Shown piece by piece: positions 17,963-27,955 of a stretch of DNA of 64,000 bases. Location: positions 24,805 to 88,804 of the forward strand of contig JBMNTR010000010.1 of assembly GCA_050945835.1 (NCBI GenBank), in the 5' to 3' direction. The stretch comes from Christensenellales bacterium (lineage in GTDB: Bacteria; Bacillota; Clostridia; Christensenellales; JBMNTQ01). Every line of letters begins with the position of its first letter. Position 1 is the first letter of the stretch. Under the pieces are notes generated by a model. The model ran no database searches. It saw only the letters and a list, made by a program, of their open reading frames with translations, and was not told the origin of the DNA. Position numbers and translations under genes: made by a program.

Positions 17963-18861
17963 CCTTTTTGTTTGCAGGCCAAGGCGCGCAATACACCGGC
18001 ATGGGGCAATCGCTCTATGAAAACAGCCGTGCGGCCAAAGAAGTGTTCGATATGGCCGAAAGTTTGCGTGCAGGCACCATTGAGCAGTGCTTTTATGCAG
18101 ATGCGCACACACTGGCACAAACCATCAATACGCAGCCCTGCGTATTCACCATGGATATGGCCTGCGCGTACGCATTACAGGAACAGGGGATACGTGCGCA
18201 GGCCGCAGCAGGATTTTCGTTGGGGGAACTGGCTGCCGTTTGCTATGGCGGGATGCTCTCCTTTACGGATGCGTTTAAGGCCATATGCAAGCGCGCCGAG
18301 CTGATGCAGGCGTGCGCCATACAACACCCCGGCGCGATGAGCGCCGTGCTGCGCTTGACGGCGGATCGTGTGGAAGCGCTGGCGGATGAGTTTGACGGTG
18401 TGTATGCCGTGAATTATAATAGTCCTCAGCAAACGGTGGTTGCGGCGGGCGACGACCAGATCGAAGCGTTTGAAGAGCGTGTGAAACAACAAGGCGGGTA
18501 CACGGTGCGGCTAAAGACCGGCGGAGGATTCCATTCGCCGTATATGGAGAAAGCATCGCAGGGGTTTAGGACTTATCTATCATTTTTATCATTCAAAGAA
18601 CCTGCGCTTCCCATCTATGCGAATATCACGGCAGAGCCATATGAAAACGACCCTGCCCGGATGCTGGCCGATCAGATCAAGCGCCCTGTGTTATGGCAGA
18701 AAACGCTGGAGAATATGTCGCGAGACGGCTGCACGCGTTTTGTGGAGCTGGGAGCGGGGCAGGTATTGAGCGGCCTGGTCAAAAAGAGCATACAAACCGA
18801 AACCATCTGCCATGTACAAGACATGGAAAGCCTGCAGCAAGCCGTGCAGGCGTTACGGTGA
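17950..18861 (+). CDS. fabD: malonyl-CoA:ACP transacylase
   Basis: FLFAGQGAQYTGMG N-terminus, active-site GFSLGELAA, and a later GGFHSPYM motif. Confidence 0.9.
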   Translation: MDKVAFLFAGQGAQYTGMGQSLYENSRAAKEVFDMAESLRAGTIEQCFYADAHTLAQTINTQPCVFTMDMACAYALQEQGIRAQAAAGFSLGELAAVCYGGMLSFTDAFKAICKRAELMQACAIQHPGAMSAVLRLTADRVEALADEFDGVYAVNYNSPQQTVVAAGDDQIEAFEERVKQQGGYTVRLKTGGGFHSPYMEKASQGFRTYLSFLSFKEPALPIYANITAEPYENDPARMLADQIKRPVLWQKTLENMSRDGCTRFVELGAGQVLSGLVKKSIQTETICHVQDMESLQQAVQALR

Positions 18862-18873
18862 AAGGAGCAGCAC

Positions 18874-19614
18874 ATGCAGGATCATAGAGTAGCACTCATC
18901 AGCGGCGCTTCACGCGGTATAGGGAGAAGCATTGCCTTGCAGCTGGCCGCAGACGGCTGTGATGTTGCGATCGTATATGCGGGCAACCAACAGGCGGCCG
19001 AAACGACCAAAGAGATGGCCTTGACATACGGCGTAAAGGCGGAATGCTATTGTTGTGATGTGTCCGATTATGCAGAGACGGAAACACTCGTTAAAAAGGT
19101 CACACAGGAGCTTGGAAAGATCGATATACTGGTGAACAATGCGGGCATCACCTGTGATAAACTGGTGATACAGATGAAAGAACAGGATTTCGACCGGGTG
19201 CTGGATGTCAACCTAAAGGGTGCGTTTAACCTGATCAAGCACACCAGCCGTGCATTCTTGCGCGCCAAACAGGGCAGAATCGTGAATATTACGTCGGTTG
19301 CGGGCATCATGGGCAATGCGGGTCAGGCGAACTACGCGGCGGCCAAGGCGGGCCTGATCGGATTGACCAAGAGCGTGGCCAAAGAGCTGTCCAGCCGCGG
19401 GATCACCTGCAACGCGGTCGCACCGGGCATCATACACACCGATATGGTGGATGCCATGAACGAATCCGCGCGCGCAGCCATCATAGAATCGGTGCCCATG
19501 CGCAGATGCGGGCTGGCGGAAGAGGTCGCTGCCGCCGTATCATTTTTTGCTTCACGCCAGGCCGGTTATATCACGGGAGCCGTGCTCCCGGTGGATGGCG
19601 GACTGAGCATGTAG
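18874..19614 (+). CDS. fabG: 3-oxoacyl-ACP reductase
   Basis: SDR motifs ISGASRGIGRSIA, NNAG and YAAAKAG. 246 aa, located within the fab operon. Confidence 0.9.
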   Translation: MQDHRVALISGASRGIGRSIALQLAADGCDVAIVYAGNQQAAETTKEMALTYGVKAECYCCDVSDYAETETLVKKVTQELGKIDILVNNAGITCDKLVIQMKEQDFDRVLDVNLKGAFNLIKHTSRAFLRAKQGRIVNITSVAGIMGNAGQANYAAAKAGLIGLTKSVAKELSSRGITCNAVAPGIIHTDMVDAMNESARAAIIESVPMRRCGLAEEVAAAVSFFASRQAGYITGAVLPVDGGLSM

Positions 19615-19641
19615 GCATGCAGAACAGGAGGATAAAATGTT

Positions 19642-20883
19642 ATGAAAAGGGTGGTCATAACCGGCATGGGCGTTATTTCGCCTGTCGGCAACGATACGGA
19701 TACCTATTGGAAGAACTTAACGAATGGTTACTGTGGGATCGGGCCGATCACACGATTTGATACAAAGGACTTCAAAGCGACGCTTGCAGCGCAGGTCAAA
19801 GACTTTTCACCCGAGGCATACGGCATAGAGGGGCGAACAGCGCGCAGGATGGATGCATTTACGCAATACGCCGTGGCGGCGGCCAGACAGGCGATGGATC
19901 AGAGCCGCCTGTCGGGCGCTGTCGCGCCGGATCGGCTGGGCGTCTATGTCGGCTCCGGCGTGGGCGGTATCGAAACGCTGACTATAGAGGCGGAAAAGCT
20001 GCTTACACGCGGACCGGGCAGGGTTTCACCGTTGTTTGTGCCCATGATGATTGCAAATATTGCAGCGGGATACATTGCGATGGATTATAATGCGCAAGGG
20101 CCGAGCCTGCCGGTGGTTACAGCTTGCGCCACGTCTACCAATGCGATAGGCGAGGCGTTTCGCGCCATTCGCTACGGGTATGCAGACGCCATCATCGCGG
20201 GTGGTTCGGAAGCGGCTGTTACGCCGCTGGCTATAGCGGGTTTTATCAACAGCCAGGCGCTGTCCACATCGGATGATCCCGCGTGTGCGTCTCTGCCTTT
20301 TGATAAACGCAGAGCCGGGTTTGTAATGGGTGAAGGTGCGGCAATACTGATATTGGAAGAATATGAACACGCCAAACAGCGCGGCGCCGGCATATTCGCT
20401 GAAATTTGCGGCTATGGCAATACATGTGACGCATACCATGTGACAGCGCCGCGGCCGGACGCGACCTGCGCCGCGCGTGCGATTGCGCTGTCGGCACAAG
20501 AGGCCGGCATCGGCGATGGGGATGTCATCTATATAAATGCCCACGGTACGGGCACGCCCATGAACGATCCGGCGGAAACGGCGGCCATCAAGATTGCGCT
20601 GGGTGAAGAGCAAGCCAGGCGCGTGCTGGTTAGCTCTACCAAATCCATGACGGGCCATATGCTGGGCGCTGCCGGTGCCGCCGAAGCGGTAGCGGGCGTT
20701 CTGAGCATCATGCACAAAACGGTGCCGCCTACCATCAACTATCGCGAGCCTGATCCCGAGTGCGATCTGGATTATGTGCCCAATCAGGCACGCGCAGCCG
20801 AGATTTCCCTTGTGCTCTCGATTTCACTTGGGTTTGGCGGGCATAATGGCTGTATTGCGCTAAGACCGGCGCAAGGTCAGTAA
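19642..20883 (+). CDS. fabF: 3-oxoacyl-ACP synthase II
   Basis: [17 protein letters not shown] start, active-site [14 protein letters not shown], and a C-terminal SLGFGGHN. Confidence 0.9.
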   Translation: MKRVVITGMGVISPVGNDTDTYWKNLTNGYCGIGPITRFDTKDFKATLAAQVKDFSPEAYGIEGRTARRMDAFTQYAVAAARQAMDQSRLSGAVAPDRLGVYVGSGVGGIETLTIEAEKLLTRGPGRVSPLFVPMMIANIAAGYIAMDYNAQGPSLPVVTACATSTNAIGEAFRAIRYGYADAIIAGGSEAAVTPLAIAGFINSQALSTSDDPACASLPFDKRRAGFVMGEGAAILILEEYEHAKQRGAGIFAEICGYGNTCDAYHVTAPRPDATCAARAIALSAQEAGIGDGDVIYINAHGTGTPMNDPAETAAIKIALGEEQARRVLVSSTKSMTGHMLGAAGAAEAVAGVLSIMHKTVPPTINYREPDPECDLDYVPNQARAAEISLVLSISLGFGGHNGCIALRPAQGQ

Positions 20884-20894
20884 GGAGTCGAAAA

Positions 20895-21344
20895 ATGGAT
20901 ATTAATCTTATCGAAGCATTGGCCGGCGTCTTAAATAAAAACCAGCTGCACTCCCTGGAAGTGGAGGAAGGCGGCTTGCGCATACGCCTTGAAGCGAAGC
21001 AAGAAGAGCAGGAAAGCCATGCTTGTGTGACCCGGCAGGCGGTTAATCCTGTTGCGGTGCAGGAAGTGCCGGACGATCTGGACACGGACCCGGGCATGGA
21101 TTTCAATCAGATCGACACGGTGGATTCGCCTATGATCGGAGTTTTTTACACATCGCCGTCGCCGGACGCCGAGGCGTATGTGCAAGTGGGTAGTAAGATC
21201 AAAAAAGGCGATGTATTATGTATCATCGAAGCGATGAAACTCATGAATGAGATTGTTGCTGAAAAGAGCGGCGAAATTGTCGATATATGCGTGTCCAATG
21301 GGGACGTCGTTGAATATGGGCAACCGCTGTTTAAAATCTTTTAA
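20895..21344 (+). CDS. accB: acetyl-CoA carboxylase biotin carboxyl carrier protein
   Basis: 149 aa with the biotinylation motif [12 protein letters not shown]. Confidence 0.85.
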   Translation: MDINLIEALAGVLNKNQLHSLEVEEGGLRIRLEAKQEEQESHACVTRQAVNPVAVQEVPDDLDTDPGMDFNQIDTVDSPMIGVFYTSPSPDAEAYVQVGSKIKKGDVLCIIEAMKLMNEIVAEKSGEIVDICVSNGDVVEYGQPLFKIF

Positions 21345-21357
21345 AAGAGGTGTTTTT

Positions 21358-21780
21358 ATGATGAAAGAAGAAATAAAAGCATACCTTCCGCATCGCGCAC
21401 CGATGCTGTTGGTCGATGAGGCGACCTTGAGTGAGGACGGCAACGTTGCATATGGGAAATACCATGTCAAAGGCGACGAATGGTTCCTGCAAGGGCATTT
21501 TCCGGGGAATCCGGTGGTGCCCGGCGTGATCCTTTGTGAGATCATGGCACAGACATGCGGTATTTTGCTGGGAGAAAACATGAAAGACAAAACCCCCTAC
21601 TACACAGGGATGGATAAGGTGCGCTTTAAAAACAAGGTTTTCCCCGGAGATACGCTGGAGATCACTTCCGCCATCGTGAGGAGCAAAAACAATTTCTATT
21701 TCACGAAATGCAGCGCAAGTGTAAACGGCAAACTCTGCGCACAGGGGGAACTGTCCTGTGTGCTGGTGGAAGGTAGATAA
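21358..21780 (+). CDS. fabZ: 3-hydroxyacyl-ACP dehydratase
   Basis: LPHRAPMLLVD and HFPGNPVVPGVILCE motifs. The start at ATG 21358 (MMKEEIK) is preferred over the track start at 21247, which overlaps accB. Confidence 0.9.
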   Translation: MMKEEIKAYLPHRAPMLLVDEATLSEDGNVAYGKYHVKGDEWFLQGHFPGNPVVPGVILCEIMAQTCGILLGENMKDKTPYYTGMDKVRFKNKVFPGDTLEITSAIVRSKNNFYFTKCSASVNGKLCAQGELSCVLVEGR

Positions 21781-21783
21781 AAC

Positions 21784-23130
21784 GTGTTTAGAAAAATATT
21801 GATTGCCAACCGGGGCGAAATCGCGATCAGGATTATACGCGCCTGCAAAGAGATGGGCATCGCGACGGTAGCCGTTTTTTCGGAGGCCGACCGCGAGGCG
21901 CTGCATGTGAGCCTAGCCGATGAGAGCTATTGCATCGGCCCTGCGCCTGTGCAGCAAAGCTATTTGAATATGAGCGCTGTGCTGAGCGCTGCTTTGCTCA
22001 GCAAAGCGGAGGCGGTGCATCCGGGCTACGGGCTTTTGTCGGAGGAACCGAAATTTGCGCAGCGCTGCGAAGAGCTGGGGCTTGTGTTCATAGGCCCTTC
22101 CGCTGAGGTGATCAAACGCATGGGCGACAAGGATGAGGCGCGCCGCACGGCAGAACAGGCCGGCGTAGCGGTTATCAAGGGCAGCGGCATATTGCGGGAT
22201 GCAAACGAGGCGATCGAGTGGGCGAATGAAGCAGGAGGCTATCCTGTGCTCATCAAGGCGCGTGCAGGCGGCGGCGGACGGGGGATTCGGCGTGTAGACG
22301 CGAAAGAAGATTTACAAGAAGCGTTTATGCTCGCCGCATCGGAATCGCAGAACGCATTTGGAGACGGCGCGCTCTATATGGAGCAATACTTATGCCCCGT
22401 AAAACACATCGAAATGCAGCTTATTTGTGACCATCACGGGAATGTGATCTGCCTGGGGGAACGGGAATGCTCCATGCAGCGCAAAAACCAAAAGCTGATC
22501 GAGGAAAGCCCTTCTCCCGCGGTGGACGCGGCACTGCGCCGTAAGATGACGCAGACTTCAGCCAAAGTCGCCGAGGCTGTGGGGTATCACGGTGTGGGTA
22601 CTGTTGAATTCCTGCTCACACAGGACGGGCAGGTCTATTTCATGGAGATGAACACACGGCTGCAGGTAGAGCACCCGGTCACCGAACTGGTGACGGGGCT
22701 TGATCTTGTCAAATGGCAGATCCGGGTTGCGGCAGGCCAGCCGCTGGACTTCACGCAGCAGCACATCAAGCTGAGCGGGCATGCGATCGAATGCCGGATC
22801 AACGCGGAGAATCCGCATGAAAATTACCGCCCCAGCAGCGGAAAGATCACGCTGCTGCACATACCGGGCGGGCCGTGGGTGCGTTTTGACTCCGCGCTTT
22901 ATCAGGGCTACACCATACCGCCGTTTTATGATTCCATGATCGGAAAACTGATCGTGCACGCCCAAACCCGTGAAGAGGCGATCCGCAAGATGCATGCGGC
23001 GCTTTGCGAAATGGTGATTGAAGGGGTGGATCACAACAGCGATTTACAGATCGCGCTCATCTCCGACGAGGAATTCAGAGAAGGGAAGTATACCACGGAC
23101 TTTCTCGGCAGGAAAGACCTGCATTTTTAA
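21784..23130 (+). CDS. accC: acetyl-CoA carboxylase biotin carboxylase subunit
   Basis: GTG start giving MFRKILIANRGEIAIRIIRACKEMGI. ATP-grasp motifs and 448 aa. Confidence 0.9.
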   Translation: MFRKILIANRGEIAIRIIRACKEMGIATVAVFSEADREALHVSLADESYCIGPAPVQQSYLNMSAVLSAALLSKAEAVHPGYGLLSEEPKFAQRCEELGLVFIGPSAEVIKRMGDKDEARRTAEQAGVAVIKGSGILRDANEAIEWANEAGGYPVLIKARAGGGGRGIRRVDAKEDLQEAFMLAASESQNAFGDGALYMEQYLCPVKHIEMQLICDHHGNVICLGERECSMQRKNQKLIEESPSPAVDAALRRKMTQTSAKVAEAVGYHGVGTVEFLLTQDGQVYFMEMNTRLQVEHPVTELVTGLDLVKWQIRVAAGQPLDFTQQHIKLSGHAIECRINAENPHENYRPSSGKITLLHIPGGPWVRFDSALYQGYTIPPFYDSMIGKLIVHAQTREEAIRKMHAALCEMVIEGVDHNSDLQIALISDEEFREGKYTTDFLGRKDLHF

Positions 23131-23160
23131 CTCTTTGCTGATCGAAAAAAGAGGGGAAAG

Positions 23161-24033
23161 ATGATAGAAAAATCTTTATTTAAAAAACCGAATATAGCGC
23201 TGGAAGGGCGGCCCAGCCGCAAAAAGAACACCAGCTTACCCGAAGAGCTGTGTGCGAATTGTGCGCAATGCGCAAAGATGGTGTTTATTTCGGAGCTGGT
23301 TGAAAACTGCTATGTATGCCCCGCGTGTGCGCACCATTTTCGCATGGACGCGCGCCGGCGGATCGCCCTGATGGTAGACGAAGGCACGTTTGCGGAGCAC
23401 GACGCAGACCTTTCTTCTGAAAACGTGCTCGATTTTCCTGATTATGAGGAAAAAATCAGCCAAGCAATGGAAAACAGCGGCGAAAAGGAGGCTGTCATCA
23501 CAGGCGTTTGCAGCGTAGGCGGATGCGCATGCTGCTTGTTTGTCATGGAGGGCCGCTTTATGATGGGCAGCATGGGTATGGTGGTGGGCGAGAAGCTCAG
23601 CCGGCTGTTCGAATATGCCGCGCAAAACGGGTTGCCGGTGGTGGGATTCACCGTGTCCGGCGGCGCGCGGATGCAGGAAGGGATTCTATCGCTGATGCAG
23701 ATGGCGAAGGTGAGCGGCGCTGTCGGGAAACACGGCAGGCAGGGCTTATTCTACTTAACGGTATTAACGCATCCGACCACGGGCGGCGTAACAGCCAGTT
23801 TTGCCATGGAGGGCGACATCATACTGGCGGAGCCTAATGCGCTGATCGGATTTGCGGGCCCGCGTGTGATTGAACAGACCATACGCAAAAAACTGCCTCC
23901 GGGCTTTCAGCGTGCGGAGTTTTTGCTCGAAAAAGGCTTTGTGGACGCCATTGTAGACCGGCGGGAGCAAAAAGATGTGATCGCAGCACTTTTGCGTATG
24001 CATGAAGGGGGTGGCGCGCATGAAGGCATATGA
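23161..24033 (+). CDS. accD: acetyl-CoA carboxylase carboxyltransferase beta subunit
   Basis: N-terminal Zn ribbon (CANCAQC...CPACAHHFRM) followed by the carboxyltransferase domain (GGARMQEG). Confidence 0.9.
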   Translation: MIEKSLFKKPNIALEGRPSRKKNTSLPEELCANCAQCAKMVFISELVENCYVCPACAHHFRMDARRRIALMVDEGTFAEHDADLSSENVLDFPDYEEKISQAMENSGEKEAVITGVCSVGGCACCLFVMEGRFMMGSMGMVVGEKLSRLFEYAAQNGLPVVGFTVSGGARMQEGILSLMQMAKVSGAVGKHGRQGLFYLTVLTHPTTGGVTASFAMEGDIILAEPNALIGFAGPRVIEQTIRKKLPPGFQRAEFLLEKGFVDAIVDRREQKDVIAALLRMHEGGGAHEGI

Positions 24034-24802
24034 AAAGGTTTTAGCCGCGCGCGCGAATGACAGGCCCACCGCCAAAACGTTTATCGACCAGATGCTGGAC
24101 GGTTTCTTTGAGCTGCATGGCGATCGCTGTTTTGCGGATGATCATGCCGTGATCGGCGGCATTGGCTACCTAGGAGAGATGGCGCTCACGGCCATCGGTA
24201 TTGAAAAAGGAAGCGATACAAAGGAAAAGATCATGCGCAATTTCGGTTCCGCGCATCCGGAAGGTTATCGCAAGGCATTGCGTTTGATGCAGCAGGCCGA
24301 GAAGTTCAACAGGCCCATACTGTGCATGGTGGATACATCCGGCGCGTATTGCGGCTTGGGCGCGGAGGAGCGCGGCCAGGGCAGTGCCATCGCTCAGAAC
24401 CTGGTGGAGATGATGGATTTAAGCGTACCCGTCATCTGTGTCGTCATCGGGGAAGGGGGCAGCGGCGGCGCGCTGGCGCTGGCTGTGGCCAATGAGGTGT
24501 GGATGCTGGAAAACGCGATCTATTCCGTCATCTCGCCGGAGGGTGCTGCGAGCATTTTGTGGAAAGACGCCTCCGAGGTGCAGCGTGCAAGCGAATCTTT
24601 GAAGCTGACGGCGCAGGATCTGTATGGATTAGGCGTTATTGAACAGATTATTCCGGAATATGAGGGGGATTTTACGCGGGTGTTTTCCGAATTAAAGCAA
24701 GCGCTGATCGAGAGCTTTACAGCGTTAAGGGATTTGGGGAAAGAAACGATACAAGCGAAGCGGTATGAGAAATTTCGCGGGATAGGGAGAATAGAAGCAT
24801 GA
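24020..24802 (+). CDS. accA: acetyl-CoA carboxylase carboxyltransferase alpha subunit
   Basis: ARANDRPTAKTFIDQMLDGFFELHGDR and VIGEGGSGGALA motifs. The ATG at 24020 is preferred, with AAGGGGGTGG 6 nt upstream; ATG 24002 is an alternative. Confidence 0.9.
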   Translation: MKAYEKVLAARANDRPTAKTFIDQMLDGFFELHGDRCFADDHAVIGGIGYLGEMALTAIGIEKGSDTKEKIMRNFGSAHPEGYRKALRLMQQAEKFNRPILCMVDTSGAYCGLGAEERGQGSAIAQNLVEMMDLSVPVICVVIGEGGSGGALALAVANEVWMLENAIYSVISPEGAASILWKDASEVQRASESLKLTAQDLYGLGVIEQIIPEYEGDFTRVFSELKQALIESFTALRDLGKETIQAKRYEKFRGIGRIEA

Positions 24803-25617
24803 TTGTAATCGCAACGGACAGCACCGCCTATTTGACACGACAGGAAGCCAAAGAGCTGGGTGTGGTGTATATACCCATGACCTACTCTGTGGACGGAGAA
24901 TCGTATACGGAGGGTTTCATCAAGAATAAAGAGGACAAGGAAACGCTATGCTGGGATTCCTCGGCCTTTTCAACATCGCAGCCGATGCTGGGTTCTTTCT
25001 ACAAACGCTTCAAAAAATGCCGGGATGCCAACTTTGAAATACTCTGCTTGACCATTTCGGCGCGTTTGAGTGGCACGCACAACAATGCGCTGGTGTGCGC
25101 ACGCGAGCTGGGCGATGACGGCATACGCGTGGTGGACACCAAAACGTCTGCCGGCGGCATGTTCATGCTGATCAAACAGGCGCGCGCGCTGATCAACGAG
25201 GGATACTCTCTGGACGAAACGGCGGATAGACTGCTGATACTGCGCGAAAAAGTGCAAACACGCTTTTCCGTCGCGGATCTGGCGCCATTGCGGCGCAGTG
25301 GGCGGCTGGGGCTCATCCGGCAGTCGATCGGTACGATATTAAATCAACGGCCGATATTGACCTGCCAGGACGGGGCGGTGGTCTACCGCGATATCGCGCG
25401 CGGTAAAAACGAGCAGATGCGCAAGCTGGTGGACGCGGTGCCGGAAAACGGTCTGGAAGTGATGGTGCAGTATTTCAGAGAGCAGGATATGGCGCTGGAA
25501 ATTGCGCGCAGGCTGGAGCAGAAATGCGGCCGCCCCATCTCCGTGCGGCGTATAGGGACGGTATTGGCCGTCCACATGGGTTTTGACGTGGTAGGTACCT
25601 TGTGGAGAGAGCCGTAA
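24799..25617 (+). CDS. DegV family fatty-acid-binding protein
   Basis: 272 aa. MIVIATDSTAYLT start and overall DegV layout. It overlaps the accA stop by 4 nt (operon member). Confidence 0.8.
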   Translation: MIVIATDSTAYLTRQEAKELGVVYIPMTYSVDGESYTEGFIKNKEDKETLCWDSSAFSTSQPMLGSFYKRFKKCRDANFEILCLTISARLSGTHNNALVCARELGDDGIRVVDTKTSAGGMFMLIKQARALINEGYSLDETADRLLILREKVQTRFSVADLAPLRRSGRLGLIRQSIGTILNQRPILTCQDGAVVYRDIARGKNEQMRKLVDAVPENGLEVMVQYFREQDMALEIARRLEQKCGRPISVRRIGTVLAVHMGFDVVGTLWREP

Positions 25618-25647
25618 AGCCGGCAGGTATCCGCTATAAACACATAC

Positions 25648-25678
25648 AAAGCACGCAGGGAATGCCTCTGCGTGCTTT
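25648..25678 (+). terminator. intrinsic terminator closing the fab-acc-degV operon
   Basis: AAAGCACGCAG/CTGCGTGCTTT 11-bp stem with a 9-nt loop, ending in TTT, 31 nt after the degV stop. Confidence 0.6.
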
Positions 25679-25683
25679 ATGAT

Positions 25684-25712
25684 TGCGCAAAGCCGGCTGG
25701 CGGGTGTATAAT
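25684..25712 (+). promoter_or_regulatory. candidate promoter of the OYE-family gene (TTGCGC-17 nt-TATAAT)
   Basis: -35 TTGCGC at 25684-25689, a 17-nt spacer, and -10 TATAAT at 25707-25712. Confidence 0.45.
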
Positions 25713-25736
25713 CGTATTGAAATGGAGAAAAGCGGT

Positions 25737-26756
25737 ATGGAGAATGCAGCCCTCACCCCTTACAGCCTTAAACAGATTCGATTTAAGAACCGGATCGCGA
25801 TGGCGCCCATGCTTCCGTTTGGATGGCCGCAAAAAAACGGCGTGATGTCCGATCGGGTGATACAGCATTACTTACGCCATGCAGATGTACAGATCGGCCT
25901 GCTGATCAGTCAGGCGCTGCTGGTGACGCCTGAATTCAACGAAGACGACCGTGCGGGCGTCTATGCTCCGGAGCATGTGGAAAATCTGCGGTATATTGCC
26001 GAGACATGCCGCCGCAATGGTACACGCTTTATGGTACAGCTGCATTACAACGGCTTCGAGCAAACGAGGGAATCCATCAAAATTTTAAACGAATACCCGA
26101 TTGAAAAGCTGCAAGCGCTCAGAGACTGCTATATAAGAGGTGCAAGGCTTTGCAAACAGGCGGGCTGTGACGGCGTTGAGCTGCATGGTGCGCATGGCTT
26201 TTTCTTGAACCTATTGGCGTCGCCCGCGTGCAACCGCAGGCCGGACGCATACGGCGGCGGCTTGCAGGGCAGGCTGCGCATGGTGCGCGAGATCGTGAAA
26301 GGCATTCAGGCATTTGCCGCGGACGATTTCATCATTTCCTACCGCATGGGCTGGAATGATACGCTGAAAACCGATGTCGAAACGGCGCAGGCGCTCCAGC
26401 AGATGGGCGTTGAGATGCTGCACATTTCACATGGTGCGCCGTATAGGCGGCCGGTCATTCCGCCGCGGGGATTTGACTATAACGCGTCTATCTACACGGG
26501 CAGCGTGATCAAAAAGGAAGTGGACGTGCCTGTGATGGTGGTAAACAATATCCGCACATTGAGGCGCTCGGGTGAGATCATCGAAAAGGGCTATGCCGAC
26601 TTTGCGGCGTTTGGCAAACCATTTCTGGCGGACGCGAGGTTCTTGGAAAAATCACTGCAGGATGCCGATCATGAATCCTGCATACGCTGCCATTTCTGCC
26701 AATGGTATGTGGACGGCGACCTCTGCCCGGTCCGGAGGACGGTTGGGGAAATATAA
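25737..26756 (+). CDS. Old Yellow Enzyme family NADH:flavin oxidoreductase
   Basis: FKNRIAMAPM near the N-terminus, and GCDGVELHGAHGFFLNLLASP (OYE TIM-barrel). The ATG at 25737 is preferred (GGAG 9 nt upstream); 25722 is also possible. Confidence 0.7.
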   Translation: MENAALTPYSLKQIRFKNRIAMAPMLPFGWPQKNGVMSDRVIQHYLRHADVQIGLLISQALLVTPEFNEDDRAGVYAPEHVENLRYIAETCRRNGTRFMVQLHYNGFEQTRESIKILNEYPIEKLQALRDCYIRGARLCKQAGCDGVELHGAHGFFLNLLASPACNRRPDAYGGGLQGRLRMVREIVKGIQAFAADDFIISYRMGWNDTLKTDVETAQALQQMGVEMLHISHGAPYRRPVIPPRGFDYNASIYTGSVIKKEVDVPVMVVNNIRTLRRSGEIIEKGYADFAAFGKPFLADARFLEKSLQDADHESCIRCHFCQWYVDGDLCPVRRTVGEI

Positions 26757-26773
26757 ACATTCCTAAAGAAGAA

Positions 26774-26808
26774 AAAGCCACTGTGTATCCATCATATACA
26801 GTGGCTTT
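26774..26808. terminator. bidirectional hairpin between the convergent OYE-family gene and pfkA
   Basis: AAAGCCACTGT/ACAGTGGCTTT 11-bp stem with a 13-nt loop. T-rich sequence follows on both strands. Confidence 0.55.
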
Positions 26809-26862
26809 GCGTTTGCTTTCTATAGCCGGATCGCTAAGCGGGGCGAAGCGCGCCTGAAAAGC

Positions 26863-27936
26863 TCAATCTCCGAAATCAACCCCCAGCTTTCGCGCGCAGG
26901 AGACGATCTCGCAATCCTTGGGCACCAGCTTAAGCCTGCCGGCTACCTCGCTATGCGGCACAGCCGTGATTCGGTTATCGATTAGAGCCACCATCTTTCC
27001 ATAATCGCGCCTGGAGATCAGATCGGCTGCCGCAGTGCCGAAGCGTGTGGACAGCACACGGTCATACGGGCAGGGCGGGCCTCCGCGCTGGTAATGGCCG
27101 GGTACCGTGACCCGGATATCCACATCGATGCGCTCGGTGATCTCGTCGGCAAGCCGGTAAGCGATGGAGGCATAATCTTCTTTCTTACGCCTTTCCTTGA
27201 ACGCTTTCTTTTCCAGCTTGGATTCATCGAGCGACAGCGCACCTTCCGCCATCGCGATAATGGAAAACCGTTTGCCGCCCGCGATGCGGCGCTGCAGCGT
27301 GTGCACCACAGAATCCACATGGTATGGAATTTCGGGCAGCAGTATGATATCGGCGCCCCCCGCAAGCCCTGCGTGCAACGCCAACCAACCGGCCTTGTGG
27401 CCCATCAGCTCTATGATGAAAACCCGGCCGTGGGAAGTGGCGGTGGTGTGAATGCAATCGATGACATTCGTCGCGATGTCCACAGCGCTCTGAAAACCGA
27501 AAGTCATATCTGTTCCCCAGATATCGTTGTCGATGGTTTTGGGGAGCGAAACGATGTTTAGACCTTCCTGCGAGAGCAGATTGGCCGTCTTGTGTGTGCC
27601 GTTTCCGCCAATGACCACCAGACTTTCAAGTCCCATGGCCTCATAGTGCTTCTTCATCTCGGCCACCTTGTCGATGCAGTTGTCGTCTCGCCGGCATATG
27701 GACTTAAACGGCTGCCGGGAAGCGCCCAGTATTGTGCCGCCGATGGTCAGTATGCCTGAAAAATCCCATGGGTTCATCAATCTGTAATCACCGTGGATAA
27801 GCCCTTTGTATCCGTCGAGTATTCCGTAAATTTCGATGTCCTCACAGCATTCATAGAGTGCCTTTGCAACGCCCCGCAGTGCGGCGTTGAGCCCCTGGCA
27901 GTCGCCGCCGCTGGTTAGCATGCCGATCCTTCTCAT
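26863..27936 (-). CDS. pfkA: 6-phosphofructokinase
   Basis: MRRIGMLTSGGDCQGLNAA, GGNGT and PKTIDNDI motifs. 357 aa. Confidence 0.85.
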   Translation of the reverse strand: MRRIGMLTSGGDCQGLNAALRGVAKALYECCEDIEIYGILDGYKGLIHGDYRLMNPWDFSGILTIGGTILGASRQPFKSICRRDDNCIDKVAEMKKHYEAMGLESLVVIGGNGTHKTANLLSQEGLNIVSLPKTIDNDIWGTDMTFGFQSAVDIATNVIDCIHTTATSHGRVFIIELMGHKAGWLALHAGLAGGADIILLPEIPYHVDSVVHTLQRRIAGGKRFSIIAMAEGALSLDESKLEKKAFKERRKKEDYASIAYRLADEITERIDVDIRVTVPGHYQRGGPPCPYDRVLSTRFGTAAADLISRRDYGKMVALIDNRITAVPHSEVAGRLKLVPKDCEIVSCARKLGVDFGD

Positions 27937-27955
27937 GATTTATCACGCTCCTGTC